A stretch of DNA of 61,265 nucleotides, filler included. It is 7 parts of 7 records of this genome, joined end to end, with 100 filler letters (N's around TTAATTAATTAA, not from the genome) between each part and the next. Parts side by side here need not be neighbours in the genome. Positions count along the whole stretch, not along the records: positions 5,812 to 15,267 come from SRR2962707_5124; positions 15,368 to 21,765 come from SRR2962707_5125; positions 21,866 to 27,935 come from SRR2962707_5135; 4 more parts are not named here. One strand, written 5' to 3'. Below the pieces are notes generated by a model. It saw nothing but the letters and a program-made list of their open reading frames with translations, did no database searches and was not told where the DNA came from. The position numbers and the translations under genes were made by a program. Positions 13,339 to 22,245 of the stretch are shown here, in pieces (positions within the stretch are counted from its first letter, which is position 1; the number at the start of each line of letters is the position of its first letter).

Positions 13339-13571
13339 GTCATGAACTGAGCGATCGGCGACCGCCAGGCCAACCTAGGCAATGACGTGCTAAAGACGTT
13401 TTTTGAAAAACAAATAAGAAGTGAATTTTGAAATTGACGTTAATTAAGTAAGCATGGAAATTCGATCATGGAAGTAAGATCAATCAATACCAAATCAAAG
13501 CTCTTCGCGCCGTTTATCAAGGTCAGAGCGGCCATTAGCAAAGTTGGGATGCCTCTCGCACGCGCTTCTAG

Positions 13572-14789
13572 TCACGAAGCAAAAAGCAGCAAGTCTCCTA
13601 ATCGACGCGCCATACGCTTTTCCATCGGTGAATACACACAAAACGCATCCTTCGAAAGGGTTTCGTCTGGACGAGCAACCGCCACTTCGTGCGACAACTC
13701 GACAAGCGCCGCCTTGGTATGTGCAGGCAGCTGCGGGATGAGGACTTCAGTAACACTTCGGCAAACCAGCTGTAGTGCCAAGGATCTGCAGAAATGCATC
13801 GTCGATACCCATGAGTCTTGACTTGCCAACTTCGTCTTTACCACAGCCATGGCCGCTGTGTCTGTTAACGCCTTGCAGCATCGTCTATTGCCAAGGACAA
13901 GTAATCGCTGTGCGTCATTGCAATTGTCCAATAGAGTCGACAAAAACCGCAAGCAGGCTTCCAAGGTAACGACGTGCTCAGATCCAGATTCCCTGGCCGA
14001 TTTTGAGGCGCTTGATCGCAAAGCCACCGCACTTAAACATGCTCGAATGATAGCTGCAGACACGCTGATCATTTTTATGTTTGCAATAGCGCTAGTAAAG
14101 GTCTGCTTCTTCGCTGGGAGCTCAACTTGAAGCAAATCAAGGTACTTGTTCAAGAGAGCGGAGGACCCACTTAAAGTGCCTCGATGGGATCGCTTGCAGC
14201 CATTGCAATCGCAAAGTATTAACAAAGAGAGAAAATTGAATGTGACGTATGCCATCGGGGCACCACTTGCACATAAATCCGTGAGCACGGTGACAAGGGA
14301 CACCACCTTATCCCCCGACACACACGCAGATAAAATGGCTCCCAAATCTTCGACACCGTGTACGCGCTGTGAATTGGCAAACAAAACCTGGAAATCTTGT
14401 AGGATGCACACGCATTTTGCCAACGCGCGCTCCCGTTCATGGTCCGCAGCCCGCTCCGCCTCAAGGTCCAACGGCTCCGCCTCCTGGTCATCAGCAGCGT
14501 CGTCAGAAAAGCGCTGCCCCAGCCTGTAGATCTCTGCAAGACCGTCGCGAAGCTGTTCTTCCAGGGTTGGGCCTGACGATGGAGACGTCGCAGAAGAATG
14601 GAAAGGGGCAGGAGAGGTGGATGAAGACCTGGCCGTCGAAGGTAGTGACGAAAGAGGGATCGATGTGCTGCTGTTCCCGTCTCGTCCCGACGCAGTCGCT
14701 GGAGAGGAGCTTGTTGATGAAGCCAAAGACCGCGGCGGCGTTGGTCCCAAAATCGGCGAAGGTGTCGCCTGCATTCGGCCCCGCGACAT
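13572..14789 (-). CDS. Uncharacterised protein: Ser/Pro-rich N-terminus, then a Leu/Ala-rich helical region
   Basis: ~405-codon intronless ORF convergent on the helicase. An acceptor-like AG just upstream of the ATG suggests a 5' intron. No recognised motif. Confidence 0.65.
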   Translation of the reverse strand: MSRGRMQATPSPILGPTPPRSLASSTSSSPATASGRDGNSSTSIPLSSLPSTARSSSTSPAPFHSSATSPSSGPTLEEQLRDGLAEIYRLGQRFSDDAADDQEAEPLDLEAERAADHERERALAKCVCILQDFQVLFANSQRVHGVEDLGAILSACVSGDKVVSLVTVLTDLCASGAPMAYVTFNFLSLLILCDCNGCKRSHRGTLSGSSALLNKYLDLLQVELPAKKQTFTSAIANIKMISVSAAIIRACLSAVALRSSASKSARESGSEHVVTLEACLRFLSTLLDNCNDAQRLLVLGNRRCCKALTDTAAMAVVKTKLASQDSWVSTMHFCRSLALQLVCRSVTEVLIPQLPAHTKAALVELSHEVAVARPDETLSKDAFCVYSPMEKRMARRLGDLLLFAS

Positions 14790-15267
14790 GAACACGCCTT
14801 AGAAAATGCAAGCAAAACGCGCGCAATGCATCTTCGTCCTGCTCCAGTCCGACGTCTTCTCACGCAGCGATCAGCTCGTGGCTGCCCAAAAAGTGTTTTC
14901 AATGACGACCGCCATGAATTAATTTCAAAATCCCAAAAAATGAACCATTGGCGACAAAAAAATAGCAAAAAAAAAAATCAGCAGCCACAAGCGGAACTAC
15001 AAACACACCAGTCACATGGCTCTCCCTCACCCAGCGCGACTCTCTCGTGCCCCATTCTTCTCGTCTCAACGGATGTTTCGTGCACGCTGTGAGGTTTTTA
15101 GGGTCATCAACTGCGAAGACCCCACCGTTCAAAAACGGATGCTGCTCCCGCTCCTGCCTTTTGTCGTAAGATACAAGCAAACTACAACGCTTTTCTTTTG
15201 CTTTTGTACTTTTTTTCTTCCTTGTTCATTTTTTGTTTTTTTTTGTTTGTTTGTTTGTTTGTTTTTT

Positions 15268-15367
15268 NNNNNNNNNNNNNNNNNNNNNNNNNNNNNNNNN
15301 NNNNNNNNNNNTTAATTAATTAANNNNNNNNNNNNNNNNNNNNNNNNNNNNNNNNNNNNNNNNNNNN
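15268..15367. other. Artificial contig spacer
   Basis: N44-TTAATTAATTAA-N44; preceded by a (TTTG)n tract. Confidence 0.99.
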
Positions 15368-15560
15368 TCTTTAAACTACTTATTTTATGATAGTTAAAAT
15401 TTTGTCTTTGCTCTTTTTTCTTATAGCCAAGCGGCCTTGTATTATCCCTCGGACATTAATGATAAAAAAAGCATTTTAAACAAACTTAATTCCAACTTGC
15501 TATAACCATTCATTAATCATATTTTTAACGAAACTTATAACAAATTCAAATTTTTTTTAG

Positions 15561-17993
15561 ATGAAAAAAATCTTTCACCTCCTATTTCTTGTAACAGGAC
15601 TAGCTTTTGCGCAAGAGAAACTAACTTATCAAAAACCTCCATCGGAGATTTTAGAATTAGCAGACGTGCAACTAGCACCAAGCGTAAGAATAAGCAATAA
15701 TGGAGAATTTATGATTATGCTTTATAGCAATCGTTATAAAAGCATTGAAGAACTCTCTGAACCTGAATTACGCTTAGGAGGTTTGCGTATCAATCCAACT
15801 ACAAATATTGGAAGCAGAACTACCTATTACAATAAAATAACTGTTAAAAACCCTAACGAAAAGGAAGCTTCTGAAATTAAAAACCTTCCAGAGAAATTAC
15901 GCCTTTCTAATTACAAATGGTCGCCAGATGAATCAAAAATTGCTTTTACCAATACTGTCAAAAAGGGTGTAGAACTTTGGGTAATCGATCTAGAAACTAA
16001 AGAGGCTAAAAAACTTACAGAAGCTACTGTGAATGCTAACTTAGGCGACGTAATAAATTGGTTTAAAGACAGCAAGTCATTATTAGTAAAAATGATTCCG
16101 AATACTCGCAAGGAATTAATTAATCAAGCAGAAAGCATTCCTACAGGCCCAACTATTTCTACCAACAACGGAAAGAAAGCTCAAAACAGAACCTATCAAG
16201 ACCTTCTGAGCAATCCTAACGATGAGTTTAATTTTGAGCAACTTGCCCTGTCAGAACTTTATAAAATTTCATTAGACGGAACAACTACAAAATGGAAAGA
16301 AAGCAATATGTACCGCAGCATTAGCTTTTCGCCAAACGGAGAATATGTAATGGTTACCACTGTTAAAAAACCATTTTCTTACATTGTTCCTTACTACAGA
16401 TTCCCTTCAACTACAACTATTTACAAAAAAGACAACTCTTTAGTAAACGAAGTTCTTAACGCTCCTCTTTTAGAAGAATTACCAAAAGGTTTTATGGCTA
16501 CGGAAGAAGGAAGAAGAGATTTATCTTGGAGGAAAGACAAACCTGCTACATTAGTATATGTGGAAGCATTAGATGGTGGAGACCCTGAAAATAAAGTTGA
16601 ATACAGAGATGAAGTTTTCTTACTTGAAGCTCCTTTTGAAGGAAAAGGAACAAGCATCTTAAAAACAAAAAATAGATTCAGTGGGATTTTATGGGGAAAT
16701 AAAACAACAGCTATTGCTTATGATAGATGGTGGAATAATAGAAACACAAAAACCTACCTCTTTAACCCAGAAAACCCTTCAAAAACTCCTCAAATAATTT
16801 CAGACAGAAATTACCAAGACGTTTATAGCGACCCTGGAAATTTTGTAACTCATGAAAATGAAAATCAAGAAAGAGTTTTATTTATAGATGAAAATAATAA
16901 TGGTTATTTAATAGGTGATGGCTTTTCTAATGAAGGACAACATCCATTTGTAGATAAAATCAATTTTAAAAATCTTAAGAAAGAAACTTTATACACTTCT
17001 AATTTAGAAGGCAAAAAAGAAAATCTTCTAGATTACAACCCAGAAAAAGACCTATTATTAACAAGAGTTGAGTCTCCTAGCGAATATCCAAATTATTTTT
17101 ACAAACATATTAAACTAAGAAAAGGACCTCAACAGCTCACCTTTTTCGACAACCCTTTTGCAAGCATAAAAGACATCCACAAAGAAGTTATTAGTTACAA
17201 AAGAGATGACGGATTAGAACTTTCTGGAACATTATACCTTCCCCTTGGTTACGACACGAATAAAAAGGAGAAAATGCCAATGATTTTATGGGCATATCCA
17301 AGAGAATACAAAGACAAAAACAGTGCATCTCAAAACACACAAAACCCTAATGAGTTTACTTACCTTTCGTATTCATCACCAATATTTTGGGTTACCAAAG
17401 GATATGTTGTTTTAGACGATGCATCCTTCCCAATTATTGGAGAGAATAACGAACAACCAAATGATACATTTAGAAAACAATTAGTGGAAAATGCCAAAGC
17501 AGCTATTGATGCGGTAGATAATTTAGGATATATCGACAGAAATCGGGTAGCCGTTGGCGGACATAGTTATGGTGCTTTTATGGTTGCCAATTTACTTTCT
17601 CATTCCGATTTATTCGCAGCAGGAATTGCTAGAAGTGGCGCCTACAACAGAACCCTAACTCCATTTGGATTTCAGAGTGAAGAAAGAAGTTACTGGGAAG
17701 CTCCAGAAGTTTACAACACAATGTCTCCGTTTATGCATGCCGAAAAAATGAATAACCCTCTCCTTTTAATTCATGGGGAAGCTGATAATAATTCTGGAAC
17801 CTACCCTATGCAAAGCGAGCGTTATTTTAACGCCTTAAAAGGACTAGGCGCTACCGTAAGACTTGTAATGCTTCCAAAAGAAAGTCATGGATACAGAGCC
17901 AAAGAAAGTATTTTACATGTTATTTGGGAACAAGACCAATGGCTTGATACTTATGTAAAAAATAAAAAAGAAATTTCTGAAGACAGTAAATAA
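15561..17993 (+). CDS. S9 prolyl oligopeptidase-family peptidase (glutamyl endopeptidase-like), secreted
   Basis: Signal peptide ending AFA-Q; GGHSYG nucleophile; ARSGAYNRTLTPFGFQ; HGEADNNSGT; ESHGY. AT-rich Bacteroidota-style codon use. Confidence 0.92.
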   Translation: MKKIFHLLFLVTGLAFAQEKLTYQKPPSEILELADVQLAPSVRISNNGEFMIMLYSNRYKSIEELSEPELRLGGLRINPTTNIGSRTTYYNKITVKNPNEKEASEIKNLPEKLRLSNYKWSPDESKIAFTNTVKKGVELWVIDLETKEAKKLTEATVNANLGDVINWFKDSKSLLVKMIPNTRKELINQAESIPTGPTISTNNGKKAQNRTYQDLLSNPNDEFNFEQLALSELYKISLDGTTTKWKESNMYRSISFSPNGEYVMVTTVKKPFSYIVPYYRFPSTTTIYKKDNSLVNEVLNAPLLEELPKGFMATEEGRRDLSWRKDKPATLVYVEALDGGDPENKVEYRDEVFLLEAPFEGKGTSILKTKNRFSGILWGNKTTAIAYDRWWNNRNTKTYLFNPENPSKTPQIISDRNYQDVYSDPGNFVTHENENQERVLFIDENNNGYLIGDGFSNEGQHPFVDKINFKNLKKETLYTSNLEGKKENLLDYNPEKDLLLTRVESPSEYPNYFYKHIKLRKGPQQLTFFDNPFASIKDIHKEVISYKRDDGLELSGTLYLPLGYDTNKKEKMPMILWAYPREYKDKNSASQNTQNPNEFTYLSYSSPIFWVTKGYVVLDDASFPIIGENNEQPNDTFRKQLVENAKAAIDAVDNLGYIDRNRVAVGGHSYGAFMVANLLSHSDLFAAGIARSGAYNRTLTPFGFQSEERSYWEAPEVYNTMSPFMHAEKMNNPLLLIHGEADNNSGTYPMQSERYFNALKGLGATVRLVMLPKESHGYRAKESILHVIWEQDQWLDTYVKNKKEISEDSK

Positions 17994-18017
17994 ATAAACC
18001 AAGAAGTAGATAAAAAC

Positions 18018-18048
18018 AAAAAATCCCGATTTTCATCGGGATTTTTTT
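18018..18048. terminator. Bidirectional intrinsic terminator between the peptidase and tRNA-Gln
   Basis: AAAAAA-TCCCGAT-tttc-ATCGGGA-TTTTTTT. Confidence 0.88.
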
Positions 18049-18049
18049 G

Positions 18050-18121
18050 TTGGCCTACTAGGACTCGAACCTAGAACGACTGGACCAAAACCAGCTGTGT
18101 TGCCAATTACACCATAGGCCA
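18050..18121 (-). tRNA. tRNA-Gln (anticodon TTG)
   Basis: Minus strand: acceptor TGGCCTA/TAGGCCA, D arm GTGTAATTGGCAACAC, anticodon arm GCTGG-TTTTGGT-CCAGT, T arm CTAGG-TTCGAGT-CCTAG. CCA is not encoded. Confidence 0.96.
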
Positions 18122-18161
18122 TTAAACCTGCTTATTGAACTCTCATCCGTAAAAGCAGGTG

Positions 18162-18192
18162 CAAATTTAAGACAAACTTTGATATGCGCAAA
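18162..18192 (-). promoter_or_regulatory. Bacteroidota housekeeping promoter (-33 TTTG / -7 TAnnTTTG) for tRNA-Gln
   Basis: Minus strand TTTG (18192-18189), 19-nt spacer, TAAATTTG (18169-18162): matches the consensus. Confidence 0.8.
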
Positions 18193-18308
18193 CATTTTTT
18201 TAAATAATTTTTAAATCATTTAAAACTGTCGTGTTAACATTTATCAAAAGTGGGGTACTTTCATTTATAATTTATTAAATTCGCCTGCTATATACGAAAA
18301 ACAGTTAC

Positions 18309-21300
18309 ATGTCTGCAAATCAATTTAAAAAATGGGATACTATCCTTGGTTGGATCGTTTTTTTGATCGCATTAATCACTTATCATTTAACGGTTGAGCC
18401 TACTTCAAGTTTTTGGGATGCTGGAGAATATATTGCTACTTCAGCTAAATTACAAGTAGGACACCCTCCTGGAGCTCCTTTTTTCCAAATGATGGGGGCT
18501 TTCTTTGCCATGTTTTCACCAGATGCTGAAGCAGTGGCAGTTACCGTAAACCATATGTCGGTTTTCTCTAGTGCTTTTACAATTTTATTTATGTTTTGGT
18601 CAATAACCAATGTTACAAGAAAATTGGCTGCTAAATCTGGAGAACTTACATCTGCAAAATATATTGCCATTTTAGGAAGCGGATTTGTAGGCGCTTTAAC
18701 TTTTACATATACAGATAGCTTTTGGTTCAATGCAGTGGAAGCAGAAGTATACGCCATGGCTATGCTCATGACTTCTTTGATGGTTTGGTTAGGATTAAAA
18801 TGGGCAGACGAAATGCATACCCCAAGAGGAAATCGTTGGTTAATTTTAATCTCTCTTGTTGTTGGACTTTCTTTTGGAGTTCACTTTATGGCGCTCCTTA
18901 CCATTCCTTCATTAGGAATGATTTATTACTTCAAAAATTACAAAGACTATAATGCTAAATCCTTTATAATAGCAAATATTATTTCCATTGCTGTACTTTT
19001 ATTCTTATTTAAATTACTACTTCCTAATGTTCTAAAAGTATTCGGTTATCTGGAAGTTTTCTTTGTAAATAGCATCGGATTACCATTTAATTCTGGAACG
19101 ATTATCGCTGGAATTATCATTATTGCATTATTTTACTTCGGATTAAATTATACAAGAAAAAAGAATTATAAACTTCTAAATACAATTGTTTTAAGTGTTT
19201 TATTTATTCTAATAGGTTTTTCTACTTGGTTAATGGTTCCAATCCGTGCAAATGCAGGAACGGTTATTAACGAAAATAGTCCTACAGATGCACGACAACT
19301 TTTGGCTTATTACAATTTAGAGCAATACCCTGAGACACATCTTTTCTATGGACCAATGTATTCTGATGCCTTTGCTGGTCAGGATCCAGATAATCCTTAC
19401 AAAGATGATAAGCCTAAATACGAAAGAAAAGGCAACAAATATGTTATTGTAAACAATTATAAAAACTCTAGAGTTGCTCCAAATAGTGCTCAAGAAGGTT
19501 TTCTTCCTAGAATGTGGAGTAGTGAACACGCTGCTAACTACATGAAGATTACGGGACCTTTAAACATTACCGTAAAACCAGAATATAGAAGTGAAAAACA
19601 ATTAACAGATGCTGTAAGTCAGTTTAAACGCGACCTTGAAAATGGAGTTATTGATGAGGACGAATATTTAAACTTTATCAAGCAATTTAATGAATACCTT
19701 GTTATTGAAAAGCCTTCATTCCTACAAAACATGCATTACCTTTTTGAGTTTCAAATGGGATATATGTACTGGAGGTATTTTATGTGGAACTTTACTGGGC
19801 GTCAAGACGATATCCAAGGAAGACTAGACGACCATGGAAATTGGTTAAGTGGAATTAAATTTATTGATGAGTGGCGTTTAGGATCTCAAGAGAATCTTCC
19901 TTCGGATGTACTAAACAACAAAGCAAGAAATACCTACTTCTTCTTACCTTTAATATTAGGACTCATAGGTTTTCTATTTATTTTAAAATCTAGTAAACAG
20001 CAATTCTGGATTCTCTTTTCGCTTTTCCTTTTTATGGGAATTGCCTTAAAAATATACTTAAATGAACGTCCTTTTGAGCCTAGAGAAAGAGATTATGCCC
20101 TCGTTGGCTCCTTCTTTGTATTCTCTATGTGGATTGGAATGGGTGTTTATGCATTATTTGAAGAATTCAAAAAATATCTAAATCCAAAAATATTGGCTCC
20201 TGCCGTAACGGTTATTTGCTTTTTAGCCGTTCCTACAGTTATGGCTTACCAGAACTGGGACGATCATGACAGATCCGACAGATATACCGCACAATCGATG
20301 GCGAAATCTTACCTCGATTCTATTGAAGAAGATGCGGGTGCTATGTTATTTACAATTGGAGATAACGATACATTCTCCCTTTGGTATGCACAAGAGATAG
20401 AAGGATACCGTACCGATGTTAGAACTATCAATACCAGTTTGTTTGCTACAGATTGGTATATAGATCAAATGAAACGTGCCGCCTATGAAAGTGCTCCAAT
20501 TCCATCTCAACTCACACATGACAAATATGCCTTTGGAGTTCGAGATGCTGTTTATTACCAACAACTAACAGACGAGCGTTGGGATATTAAAAAATTCATG
20601 GATTGGATTGCTAATGACGATAACACCATTCGAAACCTCATCAAAAAAAGAGGCGGAGATACGAGTCAGTATCCAGAAAGTTACCTAAACCTTCCTTTCT
20701 ACCCTACCAATAAAATTAGAGTGCCTGTAAACAAGAAAAATGCCTTAGCAACAGGATTGGTAAAAGAAAAGGATTCAGCAGAAATTGTAGATTATATAGA
20801 CATTGATTTACCAAAAAGTGCTTTGCCTAAAAATAGGCTTTTAATGCTCGATTTATTAGCAAACAACGATTGGAAACGCCCAATTTACTTTACTGGTGGA
20901 AGTTTTGATCCTGCGGAATACCTATGGATGAAAGATTATTTACAACTAGATGGACTTGTTTATAAATTAGTTCCTATAAAAACGCCTATAGATAAAAACA
21001 ATCCTTATGAAATGGGTCGCATTGACGAAGATTTAATGTACAACATTGTAATGGATTGGGAATGGGGGAATTCTGAATCTCCAGATATTTATCACGATCC
21101 AGAGACACGAAAAAATAGTATTTCTTACCGTGGTAATTTAGCGAGACTTACAGGAAAGCTTATTAATACTGGAAAAGAAGAAAAGGCTAAAGATGTACTT
21201 GATTTAGCTATGGAAAAAATGCCTTTTGGGTATTTCGGGTATTATGTATTCTTAGAACCTTATGTTGAAGGTTACTACAAAGTAGGCGAAAAAGAAAAAG

Positions 21301-21689
21301 CAAGAGCTCTTTACAAAGAGGTTGCTAAAAAATATCAAGAAAGCTTAAACTATTATAGCAACCTTCCAATAGACACTCAATATAGTTATGCATCAGATAT
21401 AGTAAGCGACATTGAGCGTTACAGAAGTCTTCTCGACATTGTTGTTGCGAATGATGATAAGGAATTTGGATTACCAGAAACAACCACTTTTAATGAGTAT
21501 TTAGAGCGTTTTAGTCATTTCTATAGAAGACCTGGAAATGCAAGTCCTACAGAAATACCAGAAGGAGAACCTGTTATTGACGGTAATGCAATACCTGCAA
21601 ATATGGATTCAGCAGTGATAGAAAATGCTCCAGTAAATGGGAAGGCAATTCCTCAAACAGAGATAGATTCTATCCCTTTAGATAATTAA
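18309..21689 (+). CDS. DUF2723 polytopic membrane protein (TMEM260-like GT-C glycosyltransferase)
   Basis: SFWDAGEYIA..LQVGHPPGAP, FWFNAVEAEVY, ERDY, GDNDTF; many TM segments followed by a soluble C-terminal domain. Confidence 0.9.
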   Translation: MSANQFKKWDTILGWIVFLIALITYHLTVEPTSSFWDAGEYIATSAKLQVGHPPGAPFFQMMGAFFAMFSPDAEAVAVTVNHMSVFSSAFTILFMFWSITNVTRKLAAKSGELTSAKYIAILGSGFVGALTFTYTDSFWFNAVEAEVYAMAMLMTSLMVWLGLKWADEMHTPRGNRWLILISLVVGLSFGVHFMALLTIPSLGMIYYFKNYKDYNAKSFIIANIISIAVLLFLFKLLLPNVLKVFGYLEVFFVNSIGLPFNSGTIIAGIIIIALFYFGLNYTRKKNYKLLNTIVLSVLFILIGFSTWLMVPIRANAGTVINENSPTDARQLLAYYNLEQYPETHLFYGPMYSDAFAGQDPDNPYKDDKPKYERKGNKYVIVNNYKNSRVAPNSAQEGFLPRMWSSEHAANYMKITGPLNITVKPEYRSEKQLTDAVSQFKRDLENGVIDEDEYLNFIKQFNEYLVIEKPSFLQNMHYLFEFQMGYMYWRYFMWNFTGRQDDIQGRLDDHGNWLSGIKFIDEWRLGSQENLPSDVLNNKARNTYFFLPLILGLIGFLFILKSSKQQFWILFSLFLFMGIALKIYLNERPFEPRERDYALVGSFFVFSMWIGMGVYALFEEFKKYLNPKILAPAVTVICFLAVPTVMAYQNWDDHDRSDRYTAQSMAKSYLDSIEEDAGAMLFTIGDNDTFSLWYAQEIEGYRTDVRTINTSLFATDWYIDQMKRAAYESAPIPSQLTHDKYAFGVRDAVYYQQLTDERWDIKKFMDWIANDDNTIRNLIKKRGGDTSQYPESYLNLPFYPTNKIRVPVNKKNALATGLVKEKDSAEIVDYIDIDLPKSALPKNRLLMLDLLANNDWKRPIYFTGGSFDPAEYLWMKDYLQLDGLVYKLVPIKTPIDKNNPYEMGRIDEDLMYNIVMDWEWGNSESPDIYHDPETRKNSISYRGNLARLTGKLINTGKEEKAKDVLDLAMEKMPFGYFGYYVFLEPYVEGYYKVGEKEKARALYKEVAKKYQESLNYYSNLPIDTQYSYASDIVSDIERYRSLLDIVVANDDKEFGLPETTTFNEYLERFSHFYRRPGNASPTEIPEGEPVIDGNAIPANMDSAVIENAPVNGKAIPQTEIDSIPLDN

Positions 21690-21736
21690 TAACAACTTAT
21701 AGGAAGCTGACTAAAAAGCAATTTACACCTGTCAAA

Positions 21737-21765
21737 ACTGAGCTTGTCGAACTGAGCTTGTCGAA
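21737..21765. repeat. Tandem 14-mer ACTGAGCTTGTCGA x2, resembling a Flavobacteriaceae REP-like element
   Basis: Direct repeat at the contig end, downstream of the DUF2723 stop. Confidence 0.55.
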
Positions 21766-21865
21766 NNNNNNNNNNNNNNNNNNNNNNNNNNNNNNNNNNN
21801 NNNNNNNNNTTAATTAATTAANNNNNNNNNNNNNNNNNNNNNNNNNNNNNNNNNNNNNNNNNNNN
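21766..21865. other. Artificial contig spacer
   Basis: N44-TTAATTAATTAA-N44. Confidence 0.99.
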
Positions 21866-22245
21866 GGGTGAGTGGGTGAGTGAGTGAGTGAGTAAATGCG
21901 ATTTTCATGCATGGAGCTCACTCACTGTCTGTCGACAGAGGCTCGCGAGTCGGTGCTGAGGGAAAAACGTTCTTCGACTCGTCTCTGTGAGTTTGTTTCT
22001 TTGCTTCGTGTGTTCTTTGTTCGTTGCTGGACTTTGCGTGAACTGCATTTCCTCCGTTTTATGTTTTGTTGTTGTTGTTGTTGCGTAATTGGATTTGCGG
22101 GTTTCATTCGTGCGTGCATGCGGCTTTGAAATTTTCAACCGTTGCTGGAAGTCTTTTTTTGTTCTTACCCCTTCGGAGCGGGCAAGCGCTGGTTATTGAG
22201 TGAACGATCGAGCGAGTGGTCAGCAAGATTCCGGTGCTTGAAGTG

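Noticed and set aside
13440-13447. Natural TTAATTAA in the helicase/orphan intergenic region
   Set aside because: A single 8-mer in an AT-rich 3' region with no flanking N; chance occurrence.
15368-21765. AT-rich bacterial block inside eukaryotic DNA as horizontal transfer or an endosymbiont insertion
   Set aside because: Bounded by artificial spacers on both sides, with intact bacterial promoter, terminator and tRNA; no physical linkage is shown.
21737-21765. Tandem repeat as the start of a CRISPR array
   Set aside because: 14-nt units with no spacers and no cas genes; no CRISPR array was seen anywhere in the window.
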